From Acidobacteriota bacterium (lineage in GTDB: Bacteria; Acidobacteriota; UBA6911; RPQK01; JAJDTT01), in contig OZ253580.1 in the NCBI GenBank assembly GCA_965263035.1, forward strand, positions 1,600,001 through 1,664,000: DNA of 64,000 bases, given 5' to 3'. The stretch's first letter is position 1; each line of letters starts with the position of its first letter. The translations under genes were made by a program, and so were the position numbers. Below, in pieces: positions 20,425 through 29,362 of this stretch. The notes beneath the pieces are model-generated. The model was not told where the DNA came from. It saw nothing but the letters and a program-made list of their open reading frames with translations, and searched no databases.

Positions 20425-23400
20425 ATGCGGACCCTTCTCGACCTGATCCCCCAGCTGCAGGGGCGGGCCGGTGAAGCGGTTCGTTTCGACGACGGTCTCC
20501 GCACCCGCATCCTCTCCTATCCCGACTTGTGGCGCCGCATCGCCTCCTTCGCCTGGCATCTCAGGGAAAGGGGCATCCGGCGGGGAGACCGGCTTCTTCT
20601 CTGGGGAGAGAATGAACCGGAGTGGATCGTCGCATTCTGGAGTTGCGTTTCCCAAGGAGTGCAGGTCGTTCCGGTGGACCCCAGCTCCAGCCCGGCGCTG
20701 GTGGAGCGGATCCAGGACAAGGTCCAGGCGCGCCTGCTGGTGCACGGCCGGGAGGTCCATCCGGAGACCGGCGTGGAACGCCTGTCGTTCCGGGATCTGG
20801 CCGCGCTCAAGACCCAGAGTGAGACGCTCCCTCAGGTCCGGCTGGAACCGGACGACCCGGTGGAGATCGTCTTCACGTCCGGCACCACGGGCTCGCCCAA
20901 GGGGGTCATCCACCGCCACCGGAACATTTGCGCCAACTTGACTCCCTTCGCCCGTGAGATCGCCCGCTACCGGAAATACGCCAGACCGTTCCAGCCCGTC
21001 CGGTTCCTGAATCTCCTGCCCCTGAGCCACATGTTCGGTCAATCCGCCGGACTCTTCATTCCCCTCATCCTGGGGGGCGGCGTGGTGTTCATGTCCGAGC
21101 TCCATCCAGGCGCGATCCTGGACTGCATCCGCCGGCATCGGGTCTCGGTCCTGGTTTCGGTGCCCCGGGTCCTGACCAGCCTGGAGCGGCGGCTGCGCCG
21201 GGGCGTCGAGATTCCCTGGGGGCCGGTGAAGAGGCGTGGGCTGCCGGGAGTGGCCGCCCGTTGGTGGAAGTACCGGCAGGTGCACCGGACGTTGGGCTGG
21301 AAGTTCTGGGCCATCGTGGTGGGCGGGGCCCGGCTGGAGTTGCGGCAGGAAGAGTGGTGGGCCGAACTGGGATACGCGCTGCTTCAGGGGTACGGTCTCA
21401 CCGAGACCAGTCCCGTGGTGGCCGTGAACCACCCGTTTCGACCTCAGCGCGGCGCCCTGGGACGCCCCCTCGCCGGACAGGAGGTCCGGCTGGCTCCGGA
21501 CGGCGAGATCCTGGTCCGGGGGGAGAGCGTCGCCACCCAGTATCTGACTTCCCGGAGCGAGACCACGGACATCCTGGACCAAGGGTGGTTCCGGACCGGC
21601 GACGTGGGCGAGCTGGACGAGACGGGAGTGCTCTACTACAAGGGCCGCAAGAAGGACCTGATCGTGACGGCCGACGGCCTCAACGTCCATCCTCAGGACG
21701 TGGAATCGGTCCTGAACCGGCTTCCCGGCATTCGGGACAGCGTCGTCGTACCCACACCCAGCTCCGTGGGAGACGTGGTCCACGGGGCCCTGATCCCGGC
21801 GGACGGGAAGGTGGACCTGGCTGAGATGGTCCGTCTGGCCAATCAGCGCCTGGAAATCCACCAGCGCGTCAGGAGCTGGTCCGTCTGGCCGGAGGGGGAC
21901 TTCCCGAGAACCCCGTCGACCTGGAAGGTCCGGCGCCATCAGGTGGCCCGCCGGGTCGCCGAAGGGCGCGGGACGCTCCGTCGGGAATCGGTCTCTCCTG
22001 CCCGAGCCGTACTGGCCCAGATCACCGGCCTCGACCCGCGGCAGATTCGCGGGGACCAGCGTCTGGATGTAGACCTGGGACTGTCCTCCCTGGACCGGGT
22101 CGACCTCCTCTCCCGGCTGGAGGACCGCCGGGAACTGGAGCTCGACGAAGAGGGATTGGCCCGCATCAGCACGGTCCAGAAACTGGAGGCAGCCCTGACC
22201 GGTTCGACGCCCGCCGGCCAGCATGCGGCGGAAACAGGAGAAGAACGGAGACCCGACACTTCCATGGCCCGGGACCGGGTCGAGACTCCCCTGCCCTACT
22301 GGACCCGCCGGACGCCTGTCCGCTGGGCGCGGACCGGCCTGAGGGAGGGCTTCATGCTTCCGCTCCTTCGCAACCGGCTTCCCCTGACGGTGACTGGCGC
22401 CGACCTGCTGAAGCGGCTCCGTCCACCGGTGATCTTCGCCGCCAATCACGTCAGCCATCTGGACACGCCGGTGATCCTGGCGGCGTTGCCTCCGTCCTGG
22501 CGCCGGCGGCTGGTCCCGGCCATGGTTCAGGAGTGGTTCCTGCCCCACTTTCGCCCCGACGGGTTCTCGTGGAGGGAGAGACTCTCCGCCAGCCTCCAGT
22601 ACATTCTGGCGTGCGGCTGCTTCAACGCCTACCCCCTCCCCCAGCGGATGGGAGGCATCCGGCGCAGTCTCCGCTATACGGGCGAGCTCCTGGACCACGG
22701 GTTCTGCCCCCTGGTCTTCCCCGAGGGACGGCGGTCTCCCGACGGCGCGCTCGCGAGCTTCCAAGCCGGAATCGGCCTGATGGGCGTGCGGCTGAAGGTC
22801 CCGGTGGTTCCCGTCTACGTAGAGGGACTGTTCAAGGTGTTCCCGGCCGGCAGCCGGTGGCCCAGGAGAGGTCCGGTCTCGGTGACCTTCGGCCGGCCGG
22901 TCCGGCTGGACCCGGGACAGGGATACGCCGAGGGGGCTGAAGAGGTCCGGGGGGCCGTCCGGAAGCTGATTCCGCAAGGAGCGGCGGCTTTCTTGTCGCC
23001 GATCAGGGGGGGGCAAGGGGGGACGGCAAGTCCCCCCTCCTCAGTCCGGAGCAGGCGACAAGAAAGTCGCCCCACCCAGGCGCCCCTGACCCGCGGCCCA
23101 CAAGTAAAGGATGACGACATGCCAAGAGTCCAAGAGTGCACGCACCGAGAGCTTCCCGAGGTCATCGGCCTGGTCGACGACGCTATGCGCCAGGGCATGG
23201 ACCAGACCATGCTGGCCGACTACCCGCTCGTGTACCAGGCCAGCAACCATCCCAACATCCGGGTCATCAAGGTGGACGGTCGGGTCGTGAGCGTGGTTCC
23301 CTTCCTGCTCCGCACCGTCGACGTGGAAGACGTCTCCTTCACCATCGGCATCATCTCGCCGACGGCGACGGCTCCGGAACACCGCCACCGGGGCTACGGA

Positions 23401-24270
23401 CTCGCCTGCCTCAGGAGTTGCCTGCGGAGCCTGGAGGAGATGGGATGCGACCTGTCGGTGCTCTGGACCCAGATCGCCACCTTTCCCTTTTACGAACACG
23501 GCGCCTTCGAACCCGTCCGCTACCAGGAATGGATCTATGACTGCACCCGCGAGGACGGCCGCCGTTTCCGGAACCACGGAGAGCGGATTGTGCGTTACGA
23601 CTCGGCTACCGGGGCGTATCTGGACCGGATACGGTCCATGCACCAAGCCGAAGGCTACGGCGTGCGGCGGTCACGGTCCGAGTGGGAGGCACTCATGCAG
23701 CTTCCTCTGATGCACACCCTGGTGGCCGAAGAGGGCGGCACCGCCACCGGTTACCTGATCGTCTCCGATGCCGGTAACAAGCCGGGACTCATCGAAGCGG
23801 GCGGCAGCGTGGAGGCCGTGGAGACCCTGTATTCGCACGCCCTCCGCAAGTTGCCGGCAGGCGGCCAGGTCCAGTCCTACGACCCCCTCTCCGGCTCGGC
23901 GGCGGGGCGCCTGCTGGAGCGGAAACTGCCCGGGCGCCGGCAACTGACCTCCAAATCCATGATGATCCGGATCAACTGTCCCACGGGTCTCCTGCACAAG
24001 ATCCGCCCCTGGCTGGAGCGGCGGTCGGGGTCCCGGCGGGTGGAGTTCTCGATCGGCGTGACCGACGCCGCCGAGCGGATCAGCTTCCGTTCCGCCAGGG
24101 AAGGCCTGATTCTGGGCCGGGAGCGGCTGGAGCGGCACTACGAGTTGTCGAGACGGGAGCTGACGTCGCTGGTCTTCGGCCCGCACCCGGTCCGTGGTGA
24201 AGAGACCACCGGGATCGAAACGCCGCTCTTCCCCTTCTACTTCCCGCTGTGGCAGTTGGATCAGAGTTGA
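20425..24270 (+). CDS. Aas-like acyl-CoA ligase-ACP-PlsC acyltransferase, reading in frame through a REP cluster into a GNAT domain
   Basis: FTSGTTGSPKG, QGYGLTE and FRTGD (AMP-binding); LGLSSLDRVDL (carrier Ser); NHVSHLD and FPEGRRS (PlsC); the linker at ~22975-23118 is REP-derived. Confidence 0.85.
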   Translation: MRTLLDLIPQLQGRAGEAVRFDDGLRTRILSYPDLWRRIASFAWHLRERGIRRGDRLLLWGENEPEWIVAFWSCVSQGVQVVPVDPSSSPALVERIQDKVQARLLVHGREVHPETGVERLSFRDLAALKTQSETLPQVRLEPDDPVEIVFTSGTTGSPKGVIHRHRNICANLTPFAREIARYRKYARPFQPVRFLNLLPLSHMFGQSAGLFIPLILGGGVVFMSELHPGAILDCIRRHRVSVLVSVPRVLTSLERRLRRGVEIPWGPVKRRGLPGVAARWWKYRQVHRTLGWKFWAIVVGGARLELRQEEWWAELGYALLQGYGLTETSPVVAVNHPFRPQRGALGRPLAGQEVRLAPDGEILVRGESVATQYLTSRSETTDILDQGWFRTGDVGELDETGVLYYKGRKKDLIVTADGLNVHPQDVESVLNRLPGIRDSVVVPTPSSVGDVVHGALIPADGKVDLAEMVRLANQRLEIHQRVRSWSVWPEGDFPRTPSTWKVRRHQVARRVAEGRGTLRRESVSPARAVLAQITGLDPRQIRGDQRLDVDLGLSSLDRVDLLSRLEDRRELELDEEGLARISTVQKLEAALTGSTPAGQHAAETGEERRPDTSMARDRVETPLPYWTRRTPVRWARTGLREGFMLPLLRNRLPLTVTGADLLKRLRPPVIFAANHVSHLDTPVILAALPPSWRRRLVPAMVQEWFLPHFRPDGFSWRERLSASLQYILACGCFNAYPLPQRMGGIRRSLRYTGELLDHGFCPLVFPEGRRSPDGALASFQAGIGLMGVRLKVPVVPVYVEGLFKVFPAGSRWPRRGPVSVTFGRPVRLDPGQGYAEGAEEVRGAVRKLIPQGAAAFLSPIRGGQGGTASPPSSVRSRRQESRPTQAPLTRGPQVKDDDMPRVQECTHRELPEVIGLVDDAMRQGMDQTMLADYPLVYQASNHPNIRVIKVDGRVVSVVPFLLRTVDVEDVSFTIGIISPTATAPEHRHRGYGLACLRSCLRSLEEMGCDLSVLWTQIATFPFYEHGAFEPVRYQEWIYDCTREDGRRFRNHGERIVRYDSATGAYLDRIRSMHQAEGYGVRRSRSEWEALMQLPLMHTLVAEEGGTATGYLIVSDAGNKPGLIEAGGSVEAVETLYSHALRKLPAGGQVQSYDPLSGSAAGRLLERKLPGRRQLTSKSMMIRINCPTGLLHKIRPWLERRSGSRRVEFSIGVTDAAERISFRSAREGLILGRERLERHYELSRRELTSLVFGPHPVRGEETTGIETPLFPFYFPLWQLDQS
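22975..23079. repeat. REP cluster/REPIN lying inside the 1281-aa ORF
   Basis: GGAGCGGCGGCTTTCTTGTCGCCG, a GGGGGAC..GTCCCCC hairpin and an inverted GGCGACAAGAAAGTCGCC; same family as the intergenic copies. Confidence 0.85.
23119..24270 (+). CDS. Eis-like GNAT acetyltransferase (probable independent start)
   Basis: ATG 23119 preceded by AAGGA; TATAPEHRHRGYG acetyl-CoA motif; in frame with the upstream ORF. Confidence 0.75.
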   Translation: MPRVQECTHRELPEVIGLVDDAMRQGMDQTMLADYPLVYQASNHPNIRVIKVDGRVVSVVPFLLRTVDVEDVSFTIGIISPTATAPEHRHRGYGLACLRSCLRSLEEMGCDLSVLWTQIATFPFYEHGAFEPVRYQEWIYDCTREDGRRFRNHGERIVRYDSATGAYLDRIRSMHQAEGYGVRRSRSEWEALMQLPLMHTLVAEEGGTATGYLIVSDAGNKPGLIEAGGSVEAVETLYSHALRKLPAGGQVQSYDPLSGSAAGRLLERKLPGRRQLTSKSMMIRINCPTGLLHKIRPWLERRSGSRRVEFSIGVTDAAERISFRSAREGLILGRERLERHYELSRRELTSLVFGPHPVRGEETTGIETPLFPFYFPLWQLDQS

Positions 24271-24331
24271 TGCCCCGCATTTCCCTCCGGGTCACCGGCA
24301 ATCATCAGTCCTGAGGAAAAGACCCAAAGAT

Positions 24332-25138
24332 TCAAGGAGTAATGGTCCGGGCCAGCCGGATGCCGATACCGAAGGTCCCGCCGGTGGTGTATCCGAGGCG
24401 GTACGCGGAGCGCAGGGACCCGGGGTCGCTGACCAGGGAGCCGCCGCGCATGACGCGCAGGGAACAGTCCCCACGCTCCCACGCCGTTCCGTCCGCCGGC
24501 GCTCCCCGGTAACTCTCGTTCCAGCAGTCCTGCACCCATTCCCACACGTTCCCGTGCACGTCATGCAGGCCCCATCCGTTCGGCCCGAACGATCCCACCG
24601 GCGCCGTCTGCCGATCGTCCCACCGGCTGCCGCAGCCCCGACAGTTCGCCCGGTTGCGGCCGATCCCGTTCCCCCAACTGTATGCCGTTGCCGTCCCCGC
24701 CCGCGCCGCATACTCCCACTCCGCCTCGCTCGGCAGCCGGTACCGCCGTCCCGTCTCAGCCGACAGCCACCTCGTATACGCCACCGCATCCGCCCAAGGC
24801 ACGTTGATCACCGGACGCCGTCCCCGGCCCCAGCCTTCGTCCGCCGCGAACGCCCGGCCTGTCGCTTCCGTGAACCGATCGTATTCCTCGAACGTCACCT
24901 CGTATTTGGACAGCTCGAACGCCTCCACCCTCACCTCATGCACCGGACGCTCCCAGTCAACACAGTCTCGACCCGACACGCACCCCATCCGGAACCGTCC
25001 ACCCGGAATCTCCACCATCTCCGGCTCGTACTGCAGCCGTTCCCGCGCCTGCGGTTGGACACGCTGCCTCCCCCATGCATCCGCCCCGGGGGAGGTCAGC
25101 ATGAGAATAACGACGACACTGAATATCAGTCCGTGTAT
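24332..25138 (-). CDS. Secreted formylglycine-generating-enzyme (SUMF1/CLec-fold) family protein; probable ATA start
   Basis: PEMVEIPGGRFRMG, YEVTFEEY, RLPSEAEWEYAARAG, HGNVWEW and RGGS motifs. In-frame ATA at 25138 lies 6 nt after GGAGGAG and gives the signal peptide MHGLIFSVVVILMLTSPGADA. Confidence 0.88.
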   Translation of the reverse strand: MHGLIFSVVVILMLTSPGADAWGRQRVQPQARERLQYEPEMVEIPGGRFRMGCVSGRDCVDWERPVHEVRVEAFELSKYEVTFEEYDRFTEATGRAFAADEGWGRGRRPVINVPWADAVAYTRWLSAETGRRYRLPSEAEWEYAARAGTATAYSWGNGIGRNRANCRGCGSRWDDRQTAPVGSFGPNGWGLHDVHGNVWEWVQDCWNESYRGAPADGTAWERGDCSLRVMRGGSLVSDPGSLRSAYRLGYTTGGTFGIGIRLARTITP

Positions 25139-25276
25139 CTGGGACTCCTCCGCTTCACGGCCGGTGTGGACAAGGTTTGGGTGCCAATCATCCTACCGGA
25201 CCCGTGCCCGGTATGGATCAGATCTCTGATTGGGGCAGGGAAAGGACAGCGCCCGTTTCGCGGCGCGGCCGGGACG

Positions 25277-26167
25277 TCACTTTCGCTTCAGCTGCCGGGC
25301 GATCTCGGGCAGGCTGGCCAGGACCACGGCGCCGACCACTTCCAGGTTGGGCCCGGAGAGCTTGTCGAGCGTGTCCGTCGGCTTGTGCCAGTGGGCGTAG
25401 TTGAGGTCGATGAGGTCCACGGCGGGGATCCCTGCGCGGAGGAAGGGGAGGTGATCGTCGTCGATGGAGGTGCGTCCCGAGGGCCGGAAGAAACGCGTGT
25501 GGCCCAGCCGCGAGGCTTGGTTCCATATGATCCCGTTCAGCCACGGGGTGGAGTTCCCTTCCCGGAAGATCCGCAGGTCTTTGCCGCCCACCAGGTCCAG
25601 CAGGATCATGGCGCCGACCTGGCGCAAGTTTCCCCGGTCCCGCTCCCGCTTAACGAACTCCCGGCTGCCGTAGAGGCTGTCGGCGGAGCTCCAGTCACCC
25701 AGCGCCTCCTCCCCGTCGAAGAAGACGAACCAGAAGGTGAGACCGGTGGGGTTGTCCTGCGTCAGCACCCGGACCAGCTCCAGGACCAGGCCGCTGCTAG
25801 ACGCGCCGTCGTTGGCCCCCACGAACTCGAAGGTGTCGAAGAACTTGCTGTCGTAGTGGCTGGCCAGGATCAGGACCCGTTCATCGCGGCCGGGGAGTAT
25901 GCCCCGGATGTTGGTCATTCGCAGGCGCCCCCGGGGGGTGACCGGGCGGAAGGTGTGGGTGTCCACCTGGAGGCCAAGGGCTTCCAGGTGCCCGGCGATG
26001 TACTCACCCACCCTCCGCTGGGCCTCGGTTCCGGGGGGATGGGGACCATGGCGTACCATCTCCCGGGTGTGCCGGAGGACCTGAAGGCCGTCGACGCCGG
26101 CTCCCTGGCCGCAGCAGACGGCCAGCGCCAGCGGAGTCAGGAGGCGGATGAAAAGTCCCTTGGACAT
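25277..26167 (-). CDS. M28-family peptidase / glutaminyl cyclase-like exported protein
   Basis: SHYDSK, GANDGASS, FFDGEE, DDHLPF and WH..TD motifs; N-terminal signal with Cys. Confidence 0.88.
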   Translation of the reverse strand: MSKGLFIRLLTPLALAVCCGQGAGVDGLQVLRHTREMVRHGPHPPGTEAQRRVGEYIAGHLEALGLQVDTHTFRPVTPRGRLRMTNIRGILPGRDERVLILASHYDSKFFDTFEFVGANDGASSSGLVLELVRVLTQDNPTGLTFWFVFFDGEEALGDWSSADSLYGSREFVKRERDRGNLRQVGAMILLDLVGGKDLRIFREGNSTPWLNGIIWNQASRLGHTRFFRPSGRTSIDDDHLPFLRAGIPAVDLIDLNYAHWHKPTDTLDKLSGPNLEVVGAVVLASLPEIARQLKRK

Positions 26168-26328
26168 GTTGTCGGGAGATCCGGTGCGAGCACTCGGAGC
26201 GGGCGCTCGCCTTGTGCGATGGAGGACCGGCCGGGCCGGGACGCCAGCCGAACTCCGTGGCGACTTTCGCCACAGGCTGCTATCCTACATTGCTCAATTT
26301 CGTACTATACCCCAGAAAGGAGCCGTTC

Positions 26329-28410
26329 ATGAAGGTCTACGGCAGCAGGGAGATCCGCAACGTCGCCCTGATCGGTCATGGGGACTCCGGCAAGACCACT
26401 CTGGCCAGCGCCATGCTCTACTTGGCCGGAGCGGTGAACCGCCTGGGTCGAGTGGAGGACGGAAACACGGTCACCGACTACGACGAGGACGAGATTGCCC
26501 GGCAGATCACCATCAATACGGCCGTCGCCCACTGCGAGTGGGGATCCAGCAAGATCAACATCATCGACACCCCGGGCTATCCGGCGTTCATCCTGGACGC
26601 CAAGTCCTCCCTGATGGGGGCCGACTCGGCCCTGCTGGTGGTCGATTCCACGGCCGGAGTGGAGGTGCAGTCGGAAAAGGCGTGGGAATTCGCCGAAGAG
26701 CATCGGCTGGCCCGGGCCGTGGTGTTCAACAAGCTGGACCGGGACCGGGCCGGCTTCGCAAGAAGCCTCGAGTCGGTTCACAACTCTTTCGGCAGGACGG
26801 TGGTGCCGGTGCAGATTCCCATGGGTGAGGAGGCGTCCTTCCGCGGGATCATCGACTTGATCGGCGAGAAGGCCTACGTCTACGAAACGGACGGAAGCGG
26901 GAATTTCCAGGAAACGGCCATTCCGGACGAGCTTCAGGAGGAAGCGGCGCAGCGCCGTGAAGAACTGATCGAAATGGTGGCCGAAAGCGACGACGATCTG
27001 ATGGAGAAGTACTTCGAGGAGGGCACCCTGACCCAGAGCGATCTGGTGCAGGGGCTGCGCAGCTTCTTCGTCGACCGGTCCATCGTCCCCGCCTTCTGCG
27101 TGTCGGCCGGAAAGAACATGGGGGTGAAGCAGCTCATGGACGCCATGGTGGAGCTGTTCCCCAATCCCCTGGAAAGGACTCCCGTTCCGGGCCTGACGGT
27201 GGCAACGGAGGAGGAGGTGGAGCTCTCCATCTCTGAGGACGGCCCCGTCACGGCCTACGTCTTCAAGACCCTGGCCGATCCCTTTGCCGGGCGGATCAAT
27301 CTGGTGAAGGCAATCACCGGCACCGTCAAGTCGGACTCGAACCTGCGCAACCGGACCGCCGAATCCAACGAACGCCTGGGTTCGGTCCACATTCCGCAGG
27401 GAAAGAGCTACGAGCCCGTGGCGGAGCTCCGGCCCGGAGACCTGGGCGCGGTGATGAAGCTGAAGAATACGGCCACCGGCGACACCCTCTCGGCACCCAC
27501 GGCCCGCAGCATCGTCCGCAAGGCAGAGTTTCCCGAGCCCGCCATCAGTTTCGCCGTGGAGCCCAAGTCGCGGGGTGACGAAGACAAGATCGGCAACGCC
27601 ATCGCGCGGGTGATCGAAGAGGACCCCTCCATCTCGTTCCGCCGCGACGCCCAGACCAAGCAGTTTCTGCTCTCCGGCACCGGTCAGCTGCACGTGGAAG
27701 TGACGGTGGCCAAGCTGGAACGCAAGTACGGCGTCAACGTCATTTTGAAGCCGCCCAAGGTGCCCTATCGGGAGACCGTCGCCGGAACCGCCGACGTCCA
27801 CGGACGGCACAAGAAACAGACCGGCGGACACGGGCAGTTCGGAGACTGCAAGATCCGGATGGAAGGGCTGCCCCGAGGCTCCGGGTTCGAGTTCAAGAAT
27901 GAGATCTTCGGCGGCTCCATCCCCAGGAATTTCATTCCGGCCGTGGAAAAGGGGGTCGTGGAGTCGGCGGAGAGGGGGTTCGTGGCCGGGTATCCGGTGG
28001 TGGACTTCAAGGTCACCCTCTACGACGGCAGCTACCACGACGTGGACTCCTCGGAGATGGCCTTCAAGATCGCGGGGTCGCTGGCCTTCCGCAAGGCCAT
28101 GGAACAGGCCAAGCCGGTGCTGCTGGAGCCCATCATGAAGGTGGAGGTCTACGTGCCGGAGGAGAACTCGGGAGACATCATGGGCGACCTGAATTCCCGG
28201 CGGGGACGGATCCAGGGCATGGACATCAAGACCGGCATGCAGGTGGTCCATGCCGAAGTCCCGATGGCGGAGATGCTCAACTACGCGCCGACACTGACCT
28301 CCATGACGGGAGGACGGGGCAGCTTCCATATGGAGAAGTCCCACTACGATGTCGTTCCGCCGGACTTCGCCGAAAAGGTGATCGAGGAGGCCAAGCGGGA
28401 CAAGAAGTAG
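26329..28410 (+). CDS. fusA: Elongation factor G, divergent EF-G2-type paralog
   Basis: GHGDSGKT, RQITI, DTPGYPAF, NKLD, KKQTGGHGQF and YHDVDSSEMAF; ATG 26329 after AAGGAG. Confidence 0.92.
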   Translation: MKVYGSREIRNVALIGHGDSGKTTLASAMLYLAGAVNRLGRVEDGNTVTDYDEDEIARQITINTAVAHCEWGSSKINIIDTPGYPAFILDAKSSLMGADSALLVVDSTAGVEVQSEKAWEFAEEHRLARAVVFNKLDRDRAGFARSLESVHNSFGRTVVPVQIPMGEEASFRGIIDLIGEKAYVYETDGSGNFQETAIPDELQEEAAQRREELIEMVAESDDDLMEKYFEEGTLTQSDLVQGLRSFFVDRSIVPAFCVSAGKNMGVKQLMDAMVELFPNPLERTPVPGLTVATEEEVELSISEDGPVTAYVFKTLADPFAGRINLVKAITGTVKSDSNLRNRTAESNERLGSVHIPQGKSYEPVAELRPGDLGAVMKLKNTATGDTLSAPTARSIVRKAEFPEPAISFAVEPKSRGDEDKIGNAIARVIEEDPSISFRRDAQTKQFLLSGTGQLHVEVTVAKLERKYGVNVILKPPKVPYRETVAGTADVHGRHKKQTGGHGQFGDCKIRMEGLPRGSGFEFKNEIFGGSIPRNFIPAVEKGVVESAERGFVAGYPVVDFKVTLYDGSYHDVDSSEMAFKIAGSLAFRKAMEQAKPVLLEPIMKVEVYVPEENSGDIMGDLNSRRGRIQGMDIKTGMQVVHAEVPMAEMLNYAPTLTSMTGGRGSFHMEKSHYDVVPPDFAEKVIEEAKRDKK

Positions 28411-28504
28411 TGGGAGCGGCGGCTTTCTTGCCGCCGCACTTCGAATGCAACATAGAGGCATGGAGGGAAATAAGGATGGGCGACAAGAAAATCGCCCCTC
28501 CCAG
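28410..28504. repeat. REPIN (inverted REP pair) after fusA; possible terminator role
   Basis: GTGGGAGCGGCGGCTTTCTTGCCGCCG ... GGCGACAAGAAAATCGCCCCTCCCAG. Confidence 0.85.
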
Positions 28505-28558
28505 TCTCTCTCGTAAATTCACCAGGACGCCGGCCGGTTCGCAAGCCCTTCAAACACC

Positions 28559-29362
28559 ATGTTTCCCAAGCTGCTGGAAATCGGACCCCTGACCCTTCAC
28601 ACCTACGGGGCGCTGCTGGCGACCGCCTGCCTGTCGGCCATCTTTCTTTTCGCCCGGCTGGGGGCCCGCGACGGCGTACCCCGGCAGCGGAGCTGGGACC
28701 TGGGATTCATCATCATCCTCTCGGCCATCGTCGGAGCCAAGCTGCTGATGATCCTCACCGATTGGAAGACCTATCTGGTGCAGGACCCCTCAAGGTTGTT
28801 CACTCTGGGATTCTGGCAGGCCGGCGGCGTCTACTACGGGGGCCTGCTGGGGGCCATGGCCGGCAGCTATCTCTACGTCCGGCGGCAACCGTCCATGGAC
28901 TTCCGGACGGTGGCGGACGCCGCGGGGCCGGCCATCGCTCTGGGGCAGACCATCGGCCGTCTGGGCTGTTTCGCTGCCGGGTGCGACTACGGGCAACCCT
29001 GCTCCCTCCCGTGGGCCGTCACCTTCACCAGCGAGTACGCCCATCGTGTGGTGGGCGTGCCCATCAACGTGGCTCTGCACCCGACCCAGATCTACGAATC
29101 GCTGGCGACGTTCACGCTGTTTCTCTTCCTGCTCTGGCTGCACGGGGCGCGGCGCTTCAAGGGACAGGTCTTCGCCGCCTACCTCCTCTGCTACTCGATC
29201 CTGCGCTTCGGGATCGAGATCTTCCGGGGCGACGCCGACCGGGGCTTCGTGCTCGGAGGAGCTCTCTCCACCTCCCAGTTCATCAGCCTGCTGCTCGTTC
29301 CCTGCGGCCTGCTGCTCTACCGCTACATGAAAAGAAACCCGGTTCCTTCACGCCGTGGTTGA
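28559..29362 (+). CDS. lgt: Prolipoprotein diacylglyceryl transferase
   Basis: YGGLLG, GQTIGRLGCF, HPTQIYE and RF.IE.FR motifs; multi-TM. Confidence 0.93.
   Translation: MFPKLLEIGPLTLHTYGALLATACLSAIFLFARLGARDGVPRQRSWDLGFIIILSAIVGAKLLMILTDWKTYLVQDPSRLFTLGFWQAGGVYYGGLLGAMAGSYLYVRRQPSMDFRTVADAAGPAIALGQTIGRLGCFAAGCDYGQPCSLPWAVTFTSEYAHRVVGVPINVALHPTQIYESLATFTLFLFLLWLHGARRFKGQVFAAYLLCYSILRFGIEIFRGDADRGFVLGGALSTSQFISLLLVPCGLLLYRYMKRNPVPSRRG

Noticed and set aside
10580-28461. Long antisense or alternative-frame ORFs (e.g. 12497..15478, 20290..23016, 24194..26332, 26305..28461)
   Set aside because: Shadows of well-supported genes in high-GC DNA, with no recognisable motifs.
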